A stretch of 58,821 nucleotides of DNA from a virus. Its lineage: Duplodnaviria; Caudoviricetes. Where the stretch lies: IMG/VR virus record IMGVR_UViG_3300049999_000147, positions 1 to 58,821 of that record. One strand, written 5' to 3'. This document shows, one piece after another, positions 12,001 through 17,871 of the stretch; position 1 is the stretch's first letter; each line of letters starts with the position of its first letter. Position numbers and translations under genes: made by a program. The notes below the pieces were generated by a model. The model saw only the letters and a list, made by a program, of their open reading frames with translations. It had not been told where the DNA came from and searched no databases.

Positions 12001-12913
12001 TCAAATATTAACTGGCGTAGATTACCCGGGCGTGGAAATTTCCGGTGTAGATTTTAATCAGCAAGTCGGCTTCGGCAACAATTACGATTTGTCAACATAT
12101 GACAACGTAACATACGATGCTGATGGTAACGCAATATTCGATGAGTCTGTACTAGATACTATTATTCGCAGTACATACACCGATGCAAGTTTAGGCATAC
12201 GCGCAGAGGATATAATAGTAGATGGTGGTGCATACGTAGATGATTATAGCAGTCATGCTCCAGAAGAATTAGTACCGGGTATTGTATTTGATACACTAGA
12301 TATGAAAATTTATACTAAGGTGTCCGGCGGCGCAAATACTGAAATTGCTGGGTACAGAGTATTCAGCGACATGCTACATATTCCGGAATATATTCGAATA
12401 GCAGATTCTGCTACTACAATATTAACTCAACCGTTGTTGTTGACAGATACCGAAATACATGTTGGCGATGCATCTGTATTATTAGTACCAAGTCCAAGCA
12501 ATACTACTCCGGGTGTTATTTTTATTGGTGCTGAGCGTATTACATATTATACACTAGATGCAACAACAAATACATTAGGACAATTACGCCGAGGCACAAG
12601 TGGTACAGGTGCTCCTACAGAACACACAATTGGAACCGAAGTGCAAAATGCTAGCTTTACTGAAGAGGTGCCAGATTTAGCAATCATCGGTGAAAAAATT
12701 AACGATATACAAGAATTACTAAATGCTGGTACAGTAACAGCGGTAGATGGCACTGGATTAGATGGTTCCACAACATCAGCAGCAAACTTTATTAAGGGCC
12801 AACCAGCAGCATATTATAACGTAGATAATGTACTAGCGATTGAAAACACGGTAAATATATTTGACGAGCTATTAATCACAGAATCCGGTGATACATTAAT
12901 AACAGAGAATTAA
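2..12913 (+). CDS. Giant virion structural protein (baseplate wedge/tail-associated), 5'-truncated; contains 7 FG-GAP-like propeller blades and nested repeats
   Basis: The frame is open from position 2 (NLNAQNVDLETLTLGQIRNHL...), so the TTG at 122 is not the true start. FG-GAP-like blades: GFGQAI, TYGQSI..LAVGAPG, QFGSSI..LYVGA, GFGDSV, KFGTSL..LYIGEP, NFGDRI, DFGSAV. Also has a NPGLGYTEEPTITV motif, and lies upstream of fibre genes. Confidence 0.75.
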   Translation, partial: NLNAQNVDLETLTLGQIRNHLVALRENSTDITGNILAASNLRDKDIRERGGNILQHSGPLPYASLFLLDDAANFVDGVAYASREYAKFKYKFLELSKSLSGVDPQDPPASVDLILTAINEVKTVDFPWYYSDMVPYGASKNEISYTIFNPLIRSYEITEILDDTVLSNRAILVYLNGLQLVKDRDYIFEQDRPAILIRENITLEIDDVLKFAEYDNTDGNYIPDTPSKLGLYHKYYPIKFLDDSYQTPIDVICGHDGSITPSFGDFRDDFLLELEKRIYNNIKVADNAVTDELYYNTVPGKFRNSDYTLEEFNNVLNSSFLAWVGNNRLDFSANETFQASEPFTWNYDRLPDRIDGELLPGSWRACYRYYYDTINPNLTPWEMLGFTVMPEWWESYYGGAPYTGGNELLWEDLEAGLIKEGSRAGIDERFVRPGLSQSIPVDANGNLLSPTAIMAATFNPGRTASAWASGMMGPVEASWRASSEYPFAVQKAMAILKPARYFGTLAGVSHYVRDLELNQIVDKESGHHIRQTDILLNGNVNADFTIDRSAGYLNWIADYLTSQGMAATTIISQLLENYDVNLAYRMAGFSDKGLIKVLAEQSSPSSTNESVLVPDENYHVYLAKSAPVNRLSYSAVVIEKTNSGYVVKGYDTNNPYFTIIPSVVNSNSNRIKVLDKDAVVFYDFQPKKINVPYGSQFSTHQQVVDFLISYQRYLEAQGFTFNRFDEELIEAKDWKLSVREFLYWIQQGWKPSSILILSPVASQIDIVSENSVSDKISNKQYASRLLDQNFKLLKNSKYNVMRDESGTTVNVIDTGSVICYAEIDLVQYEHVLLFDNVTVFDDVIYKPELGNRQFRLRVVGKKTDEWDGSLYAPGFIYQSGELDDWTSGRDYLKGDIVLFKTKPYVALENSIAASDFNYAEWKQLEKDELKSGLLPNWSTLAKKPQSYYDSYGELNTQDDIEFGHALIGFKPRSYLDELGINETTQIELYKGFIKQKGTANAINEITGTEFKNLQNDVTFYEDWAVRVGEYGAIDTNPFLEIELDELAYSVNPALVNFASAADADAADGITMFAEQHLHKSSNQYNGTIVLDRDSASDYSNDIATAGYVRIDDTNTTIFSLENYLELNNVLADVGRGYTIWCAKDLAQQWNVFRVTETNNTVTEITNALDGYITVKTLDHHNLEVDDIFVILGFELNYNGFFRVDSVDALNEVTVQTTNDNQTLTSIEGTGSLYTLESVRFDYMNDVDAFNPLNQWQPDEKIWVDKNVATVDSNINTWNVYKKTIPWDFKESLDKSSHKTNNGFGQAITTTVDGLIALVSETGLNVVHTFIKTTEDNFIQGTTILADGNDTATYGQSIVTSADRLAVGAPGSNNTNGYVYIYDKDVSAAFNRSQIIPGNLTAKLDTSTITFTGNISLADPGEFITQTVSGANAQVVGQPTLFGTMNFVGNISTASVNDYITQSVSSGNAQITSTSTLFGNVNFTGNISLADPGEYITQAVSGANIAVISQPTLFGTMNFNGNISTADVGEYITQTVSGANAEVTAQPTLFGTMNFVGNISTADVGEFITQTVSGANAEVTAQPTLFGTMNFVGNISTADVGEYITQTVSGANAEVTAQPTLFGNMGFVGNLEVATTGDYITQDVSGANAEVTTTPLLYGTMDFVANITANIGEYITQSVSSANALVITANVVSGTTATVQFITNTFTTGSGNIAISGGNVDVYPTTSTVTSSVVDVEYLSAGGPYIKFTTGSGNVAVNASDVNVYPSSTSVTSGVALVEYLSGGPYIKFTNGSGNVAVDATNVAAYPSASTVTTGVALVEYLSGGPYIKFTNGSGNVAVDATNVAAYPSASSVTSGVALVEYLSGGSYIKFTDASGNVAVNATNVAAYPTSTTVTSGAAAVQYITVNPYVKLTNGSGNIAINATNVASYPTSTTVTSGIVDVEYVSAGGSYIKFTTGSGNIAINAGNLAVYPTVSTVTSGIANVDYLAHTFAGLPSYMTIGSGNVAVNATNVAAYPLTETITANREQFGSSISMSSDNKWLYVGAIAANRVYIYGTDDTTPTNIQVESVNNNNSITMSGTITAAAGQYIIQPATGAQVQLIGNVAASNTAFVNVLTNIVTGVSGGNLHIATRNAEDDGFISNVDANVTAISTSSIPETDTITLGFTPHEANAAVSLHITTGIKTYIPELDYTLLGNVISFTTAIGNGGFLPVGDVVVRQQPYFVLVDTIQGTIGSGFGDSVEASADSLQFVVTAPNATVQTTETIGTLSFGNVVSVVTGDYITQETTGANAVVRISSTGTTANVKYLYGTFAGGNANIFVNGNNITSSNLANLTLTGLTTVANVLSSFASAGTAYLYDRQVESFTSTGVKEYTTTGNIGDVRRVTINGEETSRYTVPSVNTMRLNVVSPAGNTIEVETNAIRLVEQITQLDPQTDAKFGTSLSICPFGCALYIGEPYYNENNIRNTGAVIKFHNKSKLYGSTTGTEKFPLLTIGHSIRLNNVEVTATGTTLDSFVADINNTNNLGITAINEDDFLRLDSTRTVTNNKIRVGTGIGTLVSDLGLPVFEEAQLMTNPFDTPGENFGDRITISASGDLLLIGTEGGTTIATTTFDLAETRFDNNSISFSSFIPRSGSAYVYESYDDPRSNPDFPTRFTYTQQLNPGDLNINDDFGSAVHVRDNNIFVVAKDDDMFGPDTGSLYRFKNADREKGWNLLRNEEDQVDVDTINRVFMYDTTTQHIIIDLQIFDPAKGKILGFAEQEISFAAEFDPAVYNRGTNEEANINDNLFWNTKQIGKVWWNLDTLRYIDYEQGSLTYRQGNWGSLFPGSIVEVCEWVESDVLPSSYSGDGEPKYVDDSAYVEITFVDSITNTIRSKYYYWVTGKSSYDQNNITRNIPLETIKGFIEAPKTQGVPYIAVIKNSAIATYNIDTLLTDNTVLHVDHELLKNNNIIHSEYELIQEGNPNTNIVTRLEDKIIDSLSGVDAYGNLVPDPELSDADKLGILTRPRQSMFVDQQKALREYIEYVNGVLITTPVAVQTDLSALDSQSPKPKSSEYGVEVDTDVDLQYLNPLAYSTGFKVLVIEDTTQNNLWTVYELDEFDKWDLIQVQGFKTSLFWNYVDWFETGYSSLTKVDFIAATTLTALTLPYAPGDLIKIEDAGKGQWQVILVNASSKFDVVGIENGTIAVDPVLAAGSDTSLGFDNQRFSEKRFDQQPGQEAREIFTTLKNDIFVDELYVQRNKSIFVLMNYIFSEQPSVDWVFKTSFIDVIHKLRNLEQYPNYIRDNQTYYEDYIAEVKPATTSIREYLIQYDANDLFDGVINDFDLPGYFDRDLNMFRSPSGEIVPKDTQLQATGYIGNELINDQYPLWYANRHGEVMDIIIVNPGLGYTEEPTITVEGGGVNAGGVTANVAVDFDTGSLISITVTRTGSGFSESPTVIINGGANVTATAYATIKNNQVRSINTDMRFDRIGYSSQVRRWAANTSIFSGDLISHNGVCYQANANVTAGTTFNSDNYDVYHIDNFVSSNVAVTYGAADRILANYNPTDGMTQIETTEKELSVKTATGGMIFTGDFVANIGATINQGEIASARLLAISSINGTMKFASNVFSTSTNDYITQTAGAANAQAISNSTLTGNISFAGDLEARANDFITQGSGNALVLSRSLNVGNVTVNGDLSANIGDLITQPLPTGTISRITGATTKFGNITLEANLTADFTANIGEYITQALSGANALVTLSPHDITTAITTVKVEYISGSFTIGDGPVATTGGWTGNLFPTQTTVTSSTTPVEYVYSRFTTGAGNVYIQDGVILNGIDSVDVNAYPTIATVTSSQVDVQYNNDVFTLAANVSVNGVDANIVPSAKTVMSSVDVSILTNTFTTGNANVFVNGVDANIAISTFPITTATTNIKYLYGTFTTGSGNVTINGTDINAYPASLSVAANTTVFLDSVVDVFSGMYITGNGANLATITSSVFDATTGDKYIVLDRPQTFPVGTLITANYDNLSQILTGVDYPGVEISGVDFNQQVGFGNNYDLSTYDNVTYDADGNAIFDESVLDTIIRSTYTDASLGIRAEDIIVDGGAYVDDYSSHAPEELVPGIVFDTLDMKIYTKVSGGANTEIAGYRVFSDMLHIPEYIRIADSATTILTQPLLLTDTEIHVGDASVLLVPSPSNTTPGVIFIGAERITYYTLDATTNTLGQLRRGTSGTGAPTEHTIGTEVQNASFTEEVPDLAIIGEKINDIQELLNAGTVTAVDGTGLDGSTTSAANFIKGQPAAYYNVDNVLAIENTVNIFDELLITESGDTLITEN
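4217..5080 (+). repeat. Eight tandem 'A' repeats, ~108 bp / 36 aa (LFGTMNFVGNISTADVGEYITQTVSGANAEVTAQPT)
   Basis: caacctacattatttggtacaatgaat recurs at 4634 and 4742 (108 bp period); copies 4-6 are nearly identical. Confidence 0.95.
5087..6070 (+). repeat. Eight tandem 'B' repeats, ~123 bp / 41 aa (VALVEYLSGGPYIKFTNGSGNVAVDATNVAAYPSASTVTTG)
   Basis: gtcgcacttg recurs at 5321, 5444 and 5567 (123 bp period); copies 3-5 are nearly identical. Confidence 0.95.
10685..11812 (+). repeat. Second, more diverged block of five A-type then five B-type repeats
   Basis: Five G-x-x-x-F..(D/E)(Y/F/L)ITQ-like units are followed by five V-x-Y..FT(T)G..N(V)..NG..D.N.(Y)P-like units. Confidence 0.8.
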
Positions 12914-12922
12914 AGGAATAAC

Positions 12923-13843
12923 ATGGCAACAAAATTTACAGCATTACCGACAATAAATGACTCGGTAATAACCAGCGAAACAATAGTACCAATGTCGGCA
13001 AATGTCGCAGGAATTATGGATACAGTAACAGCAAATGCAACTATACTTAAAAGTTATTTTGTTAGTTCAACTGATAGCAATGTTGCTAATTTAACTGTTA
13101 CAACTACAAGTCAGGGTAGCTTAATTACTAACAATGCGACGTCTATTACCGCAATAGAAGGCAATGTAGCGAACTTGCAGGCACTTGATACAACAATCAA
13201 TAGTGATTTTGCAACGTTTGGGTACGCAATTATACCAGATACTGATGTTACATACGATTTAGGTTCCCCTATTAGAAAATGGCGCGACTTGTACTTAAGT
13301 GGATCAACAATTTATTTAGGTAATACCGCGACAATCACAGGGAATTCAATCTCCGGATTAGAGACCAATGTATCAACAGCACAAACTAATATAACAACAG
13401 CACAAGGTGATATAACAACAGCACAAGGTGATATAACTGGAATTACAAGTAATGTAACAACATTACAAGGAAGTATGACAACAGTCGAATCTGATGTTGT
13501 TGCAGCAGAAGCAAGTATAGTTACTTTACAAAGTGGTGTATCAGCAGTCGAAGGAAACATTGGCGCGTTGCAAAGTCTTTCGGCTAATGTTACTACATTA
13601 GAATCTACCCAATTGGGAATTACATCTAATGTAACATCTCTTCAAAGCGAGATATCTATAGGTGGTGCAGATATTACGATTTTACAAAATAACCAATACA
13701 CAACTATCGCAACTTTTGCAAATGCTACACCGGCATCAGCTACAGCAGTCGGAGTACAAGGAACGGTACAACATGATGCAAGTTACATTTATATATGTGT
13801 AGCGGCGAATGTATGGGTCAGAAGCGCAAGAGTAGCATGGTAA
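12923..13843 (+). CDS. Tail fibre-like protein with coiled-coil heptads
   Basis: Motif IIPDTDVTYDLGSPIRKWRDLYLSG; heptads TTAQGDI (21-bp tandem repeat near 13391-13432); C-terminal TPASATAVGVQGTVQHDASYIYICVAANVWVR typical of phage fibre ends; SD AAGGA upstream. Confidence 0.7.
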   Translation: MATKFTALPTINDSVITSETIVPMSANVAGIMDTVTANATILKSYFVSSTDSNVANLTVTTTSQGSLITNNATSITAIEGNVANLQALDTTINSDFATFGYAIIPDTDVTYDLGSPIRKWRDLYLSGSTIYLGNTATITGNSISGLETNVSTAQTNITTAQGDITTAQGDITGITSNVTTLQGSMTTVESDVVAAEASIVTLQSGVSAVEGNIGALQSLSANVTTLESTQLGITSNVTSLQSEISIGGADITILQNNQYTTIATFANATPASATAVGVQGTVQHDASYIYICVAANVWVRSARVAW

Positions 13844-13865
13844 AGTACATAAATAGTATAACAAT

Positions 13866-13991
13866 ATGAACGATAAAGATAACAAAGAGACTCCTGAAAA
13901 AGAGCCAGATGATTGTGGATCAATTCTTGTTGAAACACACGTAAAAATATTTGACCCTGAAACAGACGAAGTTTTTGTTAATAAAAGATAA
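13866..13991 (+). CDS. 41-aa protein not in the ORF track (MNDKDNKETPEKEPDDCGSILVETHVKIFDPETDEVFVNKR)
   Basis: ATG 13866 to TAA 13989-13991. Fills the intergenic gap, follows CATAAATA, and resembles the N-terminus of the next gene. Confidence 0.7.
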   Translation: MNDKDNKETPEKEPDDCGSILVETHVKIFDPETDEVFVNKR

Positions 13992-14003
13992 AGGAATAAT
14001 TTA

Positions 14004-14609
14004 GTGGATAGCAGTAAATTACATATTGAAGGATTCGTAAAAATACACAATCCTGAAACGGGCGAGGTGTTTGTTGATAAGAAAAATAGCATACATTTCG
14101 AAAACATGAGCGAGGCAATTGCCTCGAGTCTCGGCAATAAAAGTATTAATTTTATTTCCGAGATGCATTTTGGAAATGGCGGAACAACAGTTGATCCAAC
14201 AGGAGTTATTACTTATTCTCCGACTAATACAATAGGTCAAAATTCAGACCTATATTCAGGATCGTATTATAAAATTGTTGATGATACCAATGCTGTTAAT
14301 ACTAACGCATTAAGAAACAAAATTGTTATTAACCACGTACCGGGACAAATTTATTCAGATATCGTTGTTAGTTGTTTACTAGATTATGGCGAACCTTCTG
14401 GTCAAGCAGCTTTCGACAACAGTCAAGATTTAAGCAGTGATTTTACCTTTGATGAGCTGGCCTTAAAAGGCTTTTCAGTAGCAGGTGCAGGCACAGGTAA
14501 ATTGTTAACACATGTTATTTTTAGTCCTGTACAAAAATCATTAAATAGATTAATTCAAATAGACTACACCGTCCGCATACAGACTCTCACAAATCTGAGC
14601 ACAACTTAA
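14004..14609 (+). CDS. Putative baseplate/tail-collar structural protein
   Basis: MHFGNGGT...DELAL...LLTHVIFSPVQKSLNRLIQIDYTVRI resembles phage tail-collar/baseplate proteins; GTG start with AAGGA upstream; structural context. Confidence 0.55.
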   Translation: MDSSKLHIEGFVKIHNPETGEVFVDKKNSIHFENMSEAIASSLGNKSINFISEMHFGNGGTTVDPTGVITYSPTNTIGQNSDLYSGSYYKIVDDTNAVNTNALRNKIVINHVPGQIYSDIVVSCLLDYGEPSGQAAFDNSQDLSSDFTFDELALKGFSVAGAGTGKLLTHVIFSPVQKSLNRLIQIDYTVRIQTLTNLSTT

Positions 14610-14628
14610 TATTTTAGGAAAATAAAAA

Positions 14629-16260
14629 ATGGCTTACACAATTACAAAAACAGATGGTACTACTTTAGGCACAATTGCCGACGGTACCATTAATACGTCC
14701 GCAACTAGTTTAACACTAATAGGACGTAACTATAGTAACTACGGTCAGGCAATGACCGACAATTTAGTTTCTCTTTTAGAAAACTTTTCCGATACAGCAG
14801 AACCTACTAATCCATTAGAAGGACAGCTATATTGGAATAAATCAGATAAAAGATTGCGTATTTACAATGGCAGCACTTTTAAAATTATTGCTAAATTACA
14901 ATCTGCCATCACAGCACCTACTACCATAACAGCAGGTGATATGTGGTGGGATAGTGTAGAAGAACAATTGCATGTTTATAACGGATCTAATCCGTATGCG
15001 TCAACAGGGTGGATACTTATATCTCCATTATACAAAAAGTCAAAAGGCAAGAGTGGCGCAATTCCAGAACAACTTACAGACTCGGGCTTGCAAACACAGG
15101 ATGTTGTTTCTCTATATCACAATGGTACAAGAACTGCAATTATAAGCGCAAATACATTTGCCCCAAATGTAGCTATATCTGGATTTACAGTCGTTAACGC
15201 AGGATTAACATCAAACAGTACGTTAAACAGCGGACAATATTTTATAGTAGCTAACGATTCTAATCAGTTAGGCGGTATATTAGCAACAAATTATTTGCGG
15301 TCGGACATAAACGATCTCACAACAGGCAACCTAACAATTCAAAACAACGGTGGTCTAACACTTGGCCTAACTAGTAATTTATCGGTAACAACCGATAGTG
15401 CTGGCAGTGCAACAGTATCTACCACAAAAGACGGTGGCACATTAATATTTCAAAATACAAAAACAATTGGCGGTAGCCCATTTACTACTTTAACATTATC
15501 AGCAGATGATGCAGTAGGTATTACATCATCACGCAAATTAACAATCAGCGATGCAACCGTGTCTACTAACGCTACAACAGGTGCTCTTGTTGTTACCGGC
15601 GGTGTGGGAATAACTGGTGATACACATATAACTGGCAATGTTACTTCATCTACATGGTTTGTAGGCGATATAACAGGAACGTCTGACATGGTGCGAAGCA
15701 TTGTTCCTATTACATTAGGCGGCCATGGTGCAGATAACATAACCGAAGCACAACAAAATTTACTATTAGAACCTAACGTTAATGTACAGGCTTTTAATGT
15801 AGAACTAAGAGCTATTACGCTTGTTGGTGCTAACGGCTTATTAACACGTACCGCAAGTGGTGCAGCGACAGCTAGAGAAATTGTTTCAGCAGATGCTAAT
15901 ATAGCAGTTACTATGGGCGACGGTATTTCTGGCAATCCAACATTAACATTGAATAAAGATGCAGCATTTGACCAACCGACTTGTTTAACGCAACCAGAAA
16001 ACACATCCGATAAAACAATTGCTACCACAGAATTTGTAATAAATCAAATACCAGAAGTTACTTCAAATATTTGGTGGGCGGGCGCACCAAGTACAGGTCT
16101 CGCTACGCATGCCGCAGCATTGTATGGAACAATTTTAGTATCGCGAGTACGAAGAAGTCGTGTTATCGGTGGCGGTAATGGTAGTTATGTTCAGTACTAT
16201 TGGCAAACAGGTGGTTATATCAAAATAGACTCTAATAGTAATTCGTGGGTATCATTCTAA
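14629..16260 (+). CDS. Tail fibre / baseplate-attached fibre protein
   Basis: N-terminus MAYTITKTDG..NTSATSLTLIGRNY is shared with 17872; P-x-x-GQLYW and GDMWWD motifs; STNATTGALVVTGGVGI fibre motif. Confidence 0.75.
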   Translation: MAYTITKTDGTTLGTIADGTINTSATSLTLIGRNYSNYGQAMTDNLVSLLENFSDTAEPTNPLEGQLYWNKSDKRLRIYNGSTFKIIAKLQSAITAPTTITAGDMWWDSVEEQLHVYNGSNPYASTGWILISPLYKKSKGKSGAIPEQLTDSGLQTQDVVSLYHNGTRTAIISANTFAPNVAISGFTVVNAGLTSNSTLNSGQYFIVANDSNQLGGILATNYLRSDINDLTTGNLTIQNNGGLTLGLTSNLSVTTDSAGSATVSTTKDGGTLIFQNTKTIGGSPFTTLTLSADDAVGITSSRKLTISDATVSTNATTGALVVTGGVGITGDTHITGNVTSSTWFVGDITGTSDMVRSIVPITLGGHGADNITEAQQNLLLEPNVNVQAFNVELRAITLVGANGLLTRTASGAATAREIVSADANIAVTMGDGISGNPTLTLNKDAAFDQPTCLTQPENTSDKTIATTEFVINQIPEVTSNIWWAGAPSTGLATHAAALYGTILVSRVRRSRVIGGGNGSYVQYYWQTGGYIKIDSNSNSWVSF

Positions 16261-16275
16261 AGGAAATTAAAAAAC

Positions 16276-16929
16276 ATGGAAACATCAACTAGTACTAATG
16301 AAAGTACAGTAACATCAAGCAACAAAGAAAAGCAAATATTTAGTAATGCTGATATACATAAGATAGTGCCTTTGGGAGAAAAATCCGAAGCATGGGCATC
16401 GTTTAATAAGATAACTGGCGTGTTTTGCGGCATTTCTCAAAAGGTCGACATCAAAAAACTTAATCATGAATTTTTTGATTACAGGGCTGTTAACATAGAT
16501 ATTGGATCAGAAGAGATTATTGGTACCTTAGATGATTTTAAAATTGTAAAAATATCAGAGCAACCACAACCAATATACGAAACATCATTAGACAATGCTA
16601 TGTATGCTAAAATGGATAGGGTATGCAAAGTATATAAACGATTAGAAATAATTGAGAAAGCATGTTTAAACCTTTCAAAGACACTTAATGTTCCTAACGA
16701 AGACTTAGAAGAATTATGTAGTCTAATTAGTGAAATTAGACACGTAAACGAACTTACCAAAAAAGACTTTGAAACAGACACAGAATTTAACTATATATCA
16801 ATTCAACAAGAATTGGAGGATTTCGATGCAGAAATGGAAGGAGGATTACACGAGTTCGCTGGGATCCGTCAGCCTGTTCCCGCAATACTGGACCAGCCAG
16901 TTATCGACTACGGAGCTAGCAAATATTAA
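16276..16929 (+). CDS. Hypothetical protein (possibly fibre-associated or a chaperone)
   Basis: 217-aa ORF with SD AAGGA, directly after a fibre gene; no recognised motif. Confidence 0.55.
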   Translation: METSTSTNESTVTSSNKEKQIFSNADIHKIVPLGEKSEAWASFNKITGVFCGISQKVDIKKLNHEFFDYRAVNIDIGSEEIIGTLDDFKIVKISEQPQPIYETSLDNAMYAKMDRVCKVYKRLEIIEKACLNLSKTLNVPNEDLEELCSLISEIRHVNELTKKDFETDTEFNYISIQQELEDFDAEMEGGLHEFAGIRQPVPAILDQPVIDYGASKY

Positions 16930-17359
16930 AGAGTTGCATCCAGCTCGCTGGATCAAACGGACATCGATGGGCGAGTACCGAGGTACTACTAGTAACAAAT
17001 GCAGCTATCATTGTGCTTTAAATAGAGCACTGGGCAAAGATTATCTAGCGCATCTGAAAAGTTTAGCACAAGAGATAGAAGGCTGTACACTTTCAGAAGT
17101 GGTAATTAACAGATATGATCCTGGCGATTATATACCTGATCATTACGACAGATCTATTTACGCATTCAATCAAGTAATACACCTGGAAGATAGCGACGAA
17201 GAAGGTATAATCATTGATGGGGAATGGCATCCTCAGAGAGCAGGACAGTCAGTGGTATTCAAAGGTGCAGGAAAATTACATTCTGTGCCACCAGTAAAAA
17301 ACACTAGGTATACACTAATATATCTATTTTCAAGAGGATCAACATGTATAAACTTTTAG
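16826..17359 (+). CDS. 2OG-Fe(II) oxygenase-like protein
   Basis: NRYDPGDYIPDHYD (HxD) ... LHSVPPVKNTRYTLI (distal H and R). Likely start is ATG 16826 with GGAGG at 16815-16819. Confidence 0.75.
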   Translation: MQKWKEDYTSSLGSVSLFPQYWTSQLSTTELANIKELHPARWIKRTSMGEYRGTTSNKCSYHCALNRALGKDYLAHLKSLAQEIEGCTLSEVVINRYDPGDYIPDHYDRSIYAFNQVIHLEDSDEEGIIIDGEWHPQRAGQSVVFKGAGKLHSVPPVKNTRYTLIYLFSRGSTCINF

Positions 17360-17823
17360 AAGAACAAAGCGACGAGAGTCATCAAAATTTGTTAGACCTG
17401 CAAAGTCAAATCAAGCTATGGCCATGCAACAGCCATAGAAGAAGGGTCGGTGCTAACGGAATAAAACGATTGAGCATATATAATAGAAGTAAATATTTAA
17501 GTTGGAAAGCGGCGCAGAGAAAAACATTTCGCGAAAATTTTCCAGGAAAAGCAGCATCGATGGCTATGGTTCAGTTCTTTCAGGAATTTCCCCCAGAAAC
17601 AGGCTTTTTAGATTTAATGAATTATTGGGCTGATATGGCATCTCCTAGTTTTTTGACGGCTTTTTGTCTAAAAGGAAGTGGCGGACTAACATTTAACGAT
17701 GTAGACGTTGCTGTACCAGTAAAGCAAGGCATTGTGTATAGTTTAAATGAGTTACACGAAATTAAAGCTACAGAAGAGGGTAGTTTGTGGGCGTGTGTGC
17801 TTACTAGAACCAATCCTTGGTAA
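17344..17823 (+). CDS. Hypothetical protein, possibly a degenerate cupin/oxygenase fold
   Basis: C-terminal ELHEIKAT...WACVL parallels the HSV...Y end of the preceding oxygenase; overlapping start. Confidence 0.45.
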   Translation: MYKLLEEQSDESHQNLLDLQSQIKLWPCNSHRRRVGANGIKRLSIYNRSKYLSWKAAQRKTFRENFPGKAASMAMVQFFQEFPPETGFLDLMNYWADMASPSFLTAFCLKGSGGLTFNDVDVAVPVKQGIVYSLNELHEIKATEEGSLWACVLTRTNPW

Positions 17824-17871
17824 AGAACGGATAAATATAATTATAAATTATATCTAACAGGATTTTAAAAA

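Noticed and set aside
16769-16825. ORF-track start of the oxygenase at 16769
   Set aside because: It is a TTG deep inside the upstream gene without an SD; ATG 16826 has GGAGG at good spacing.
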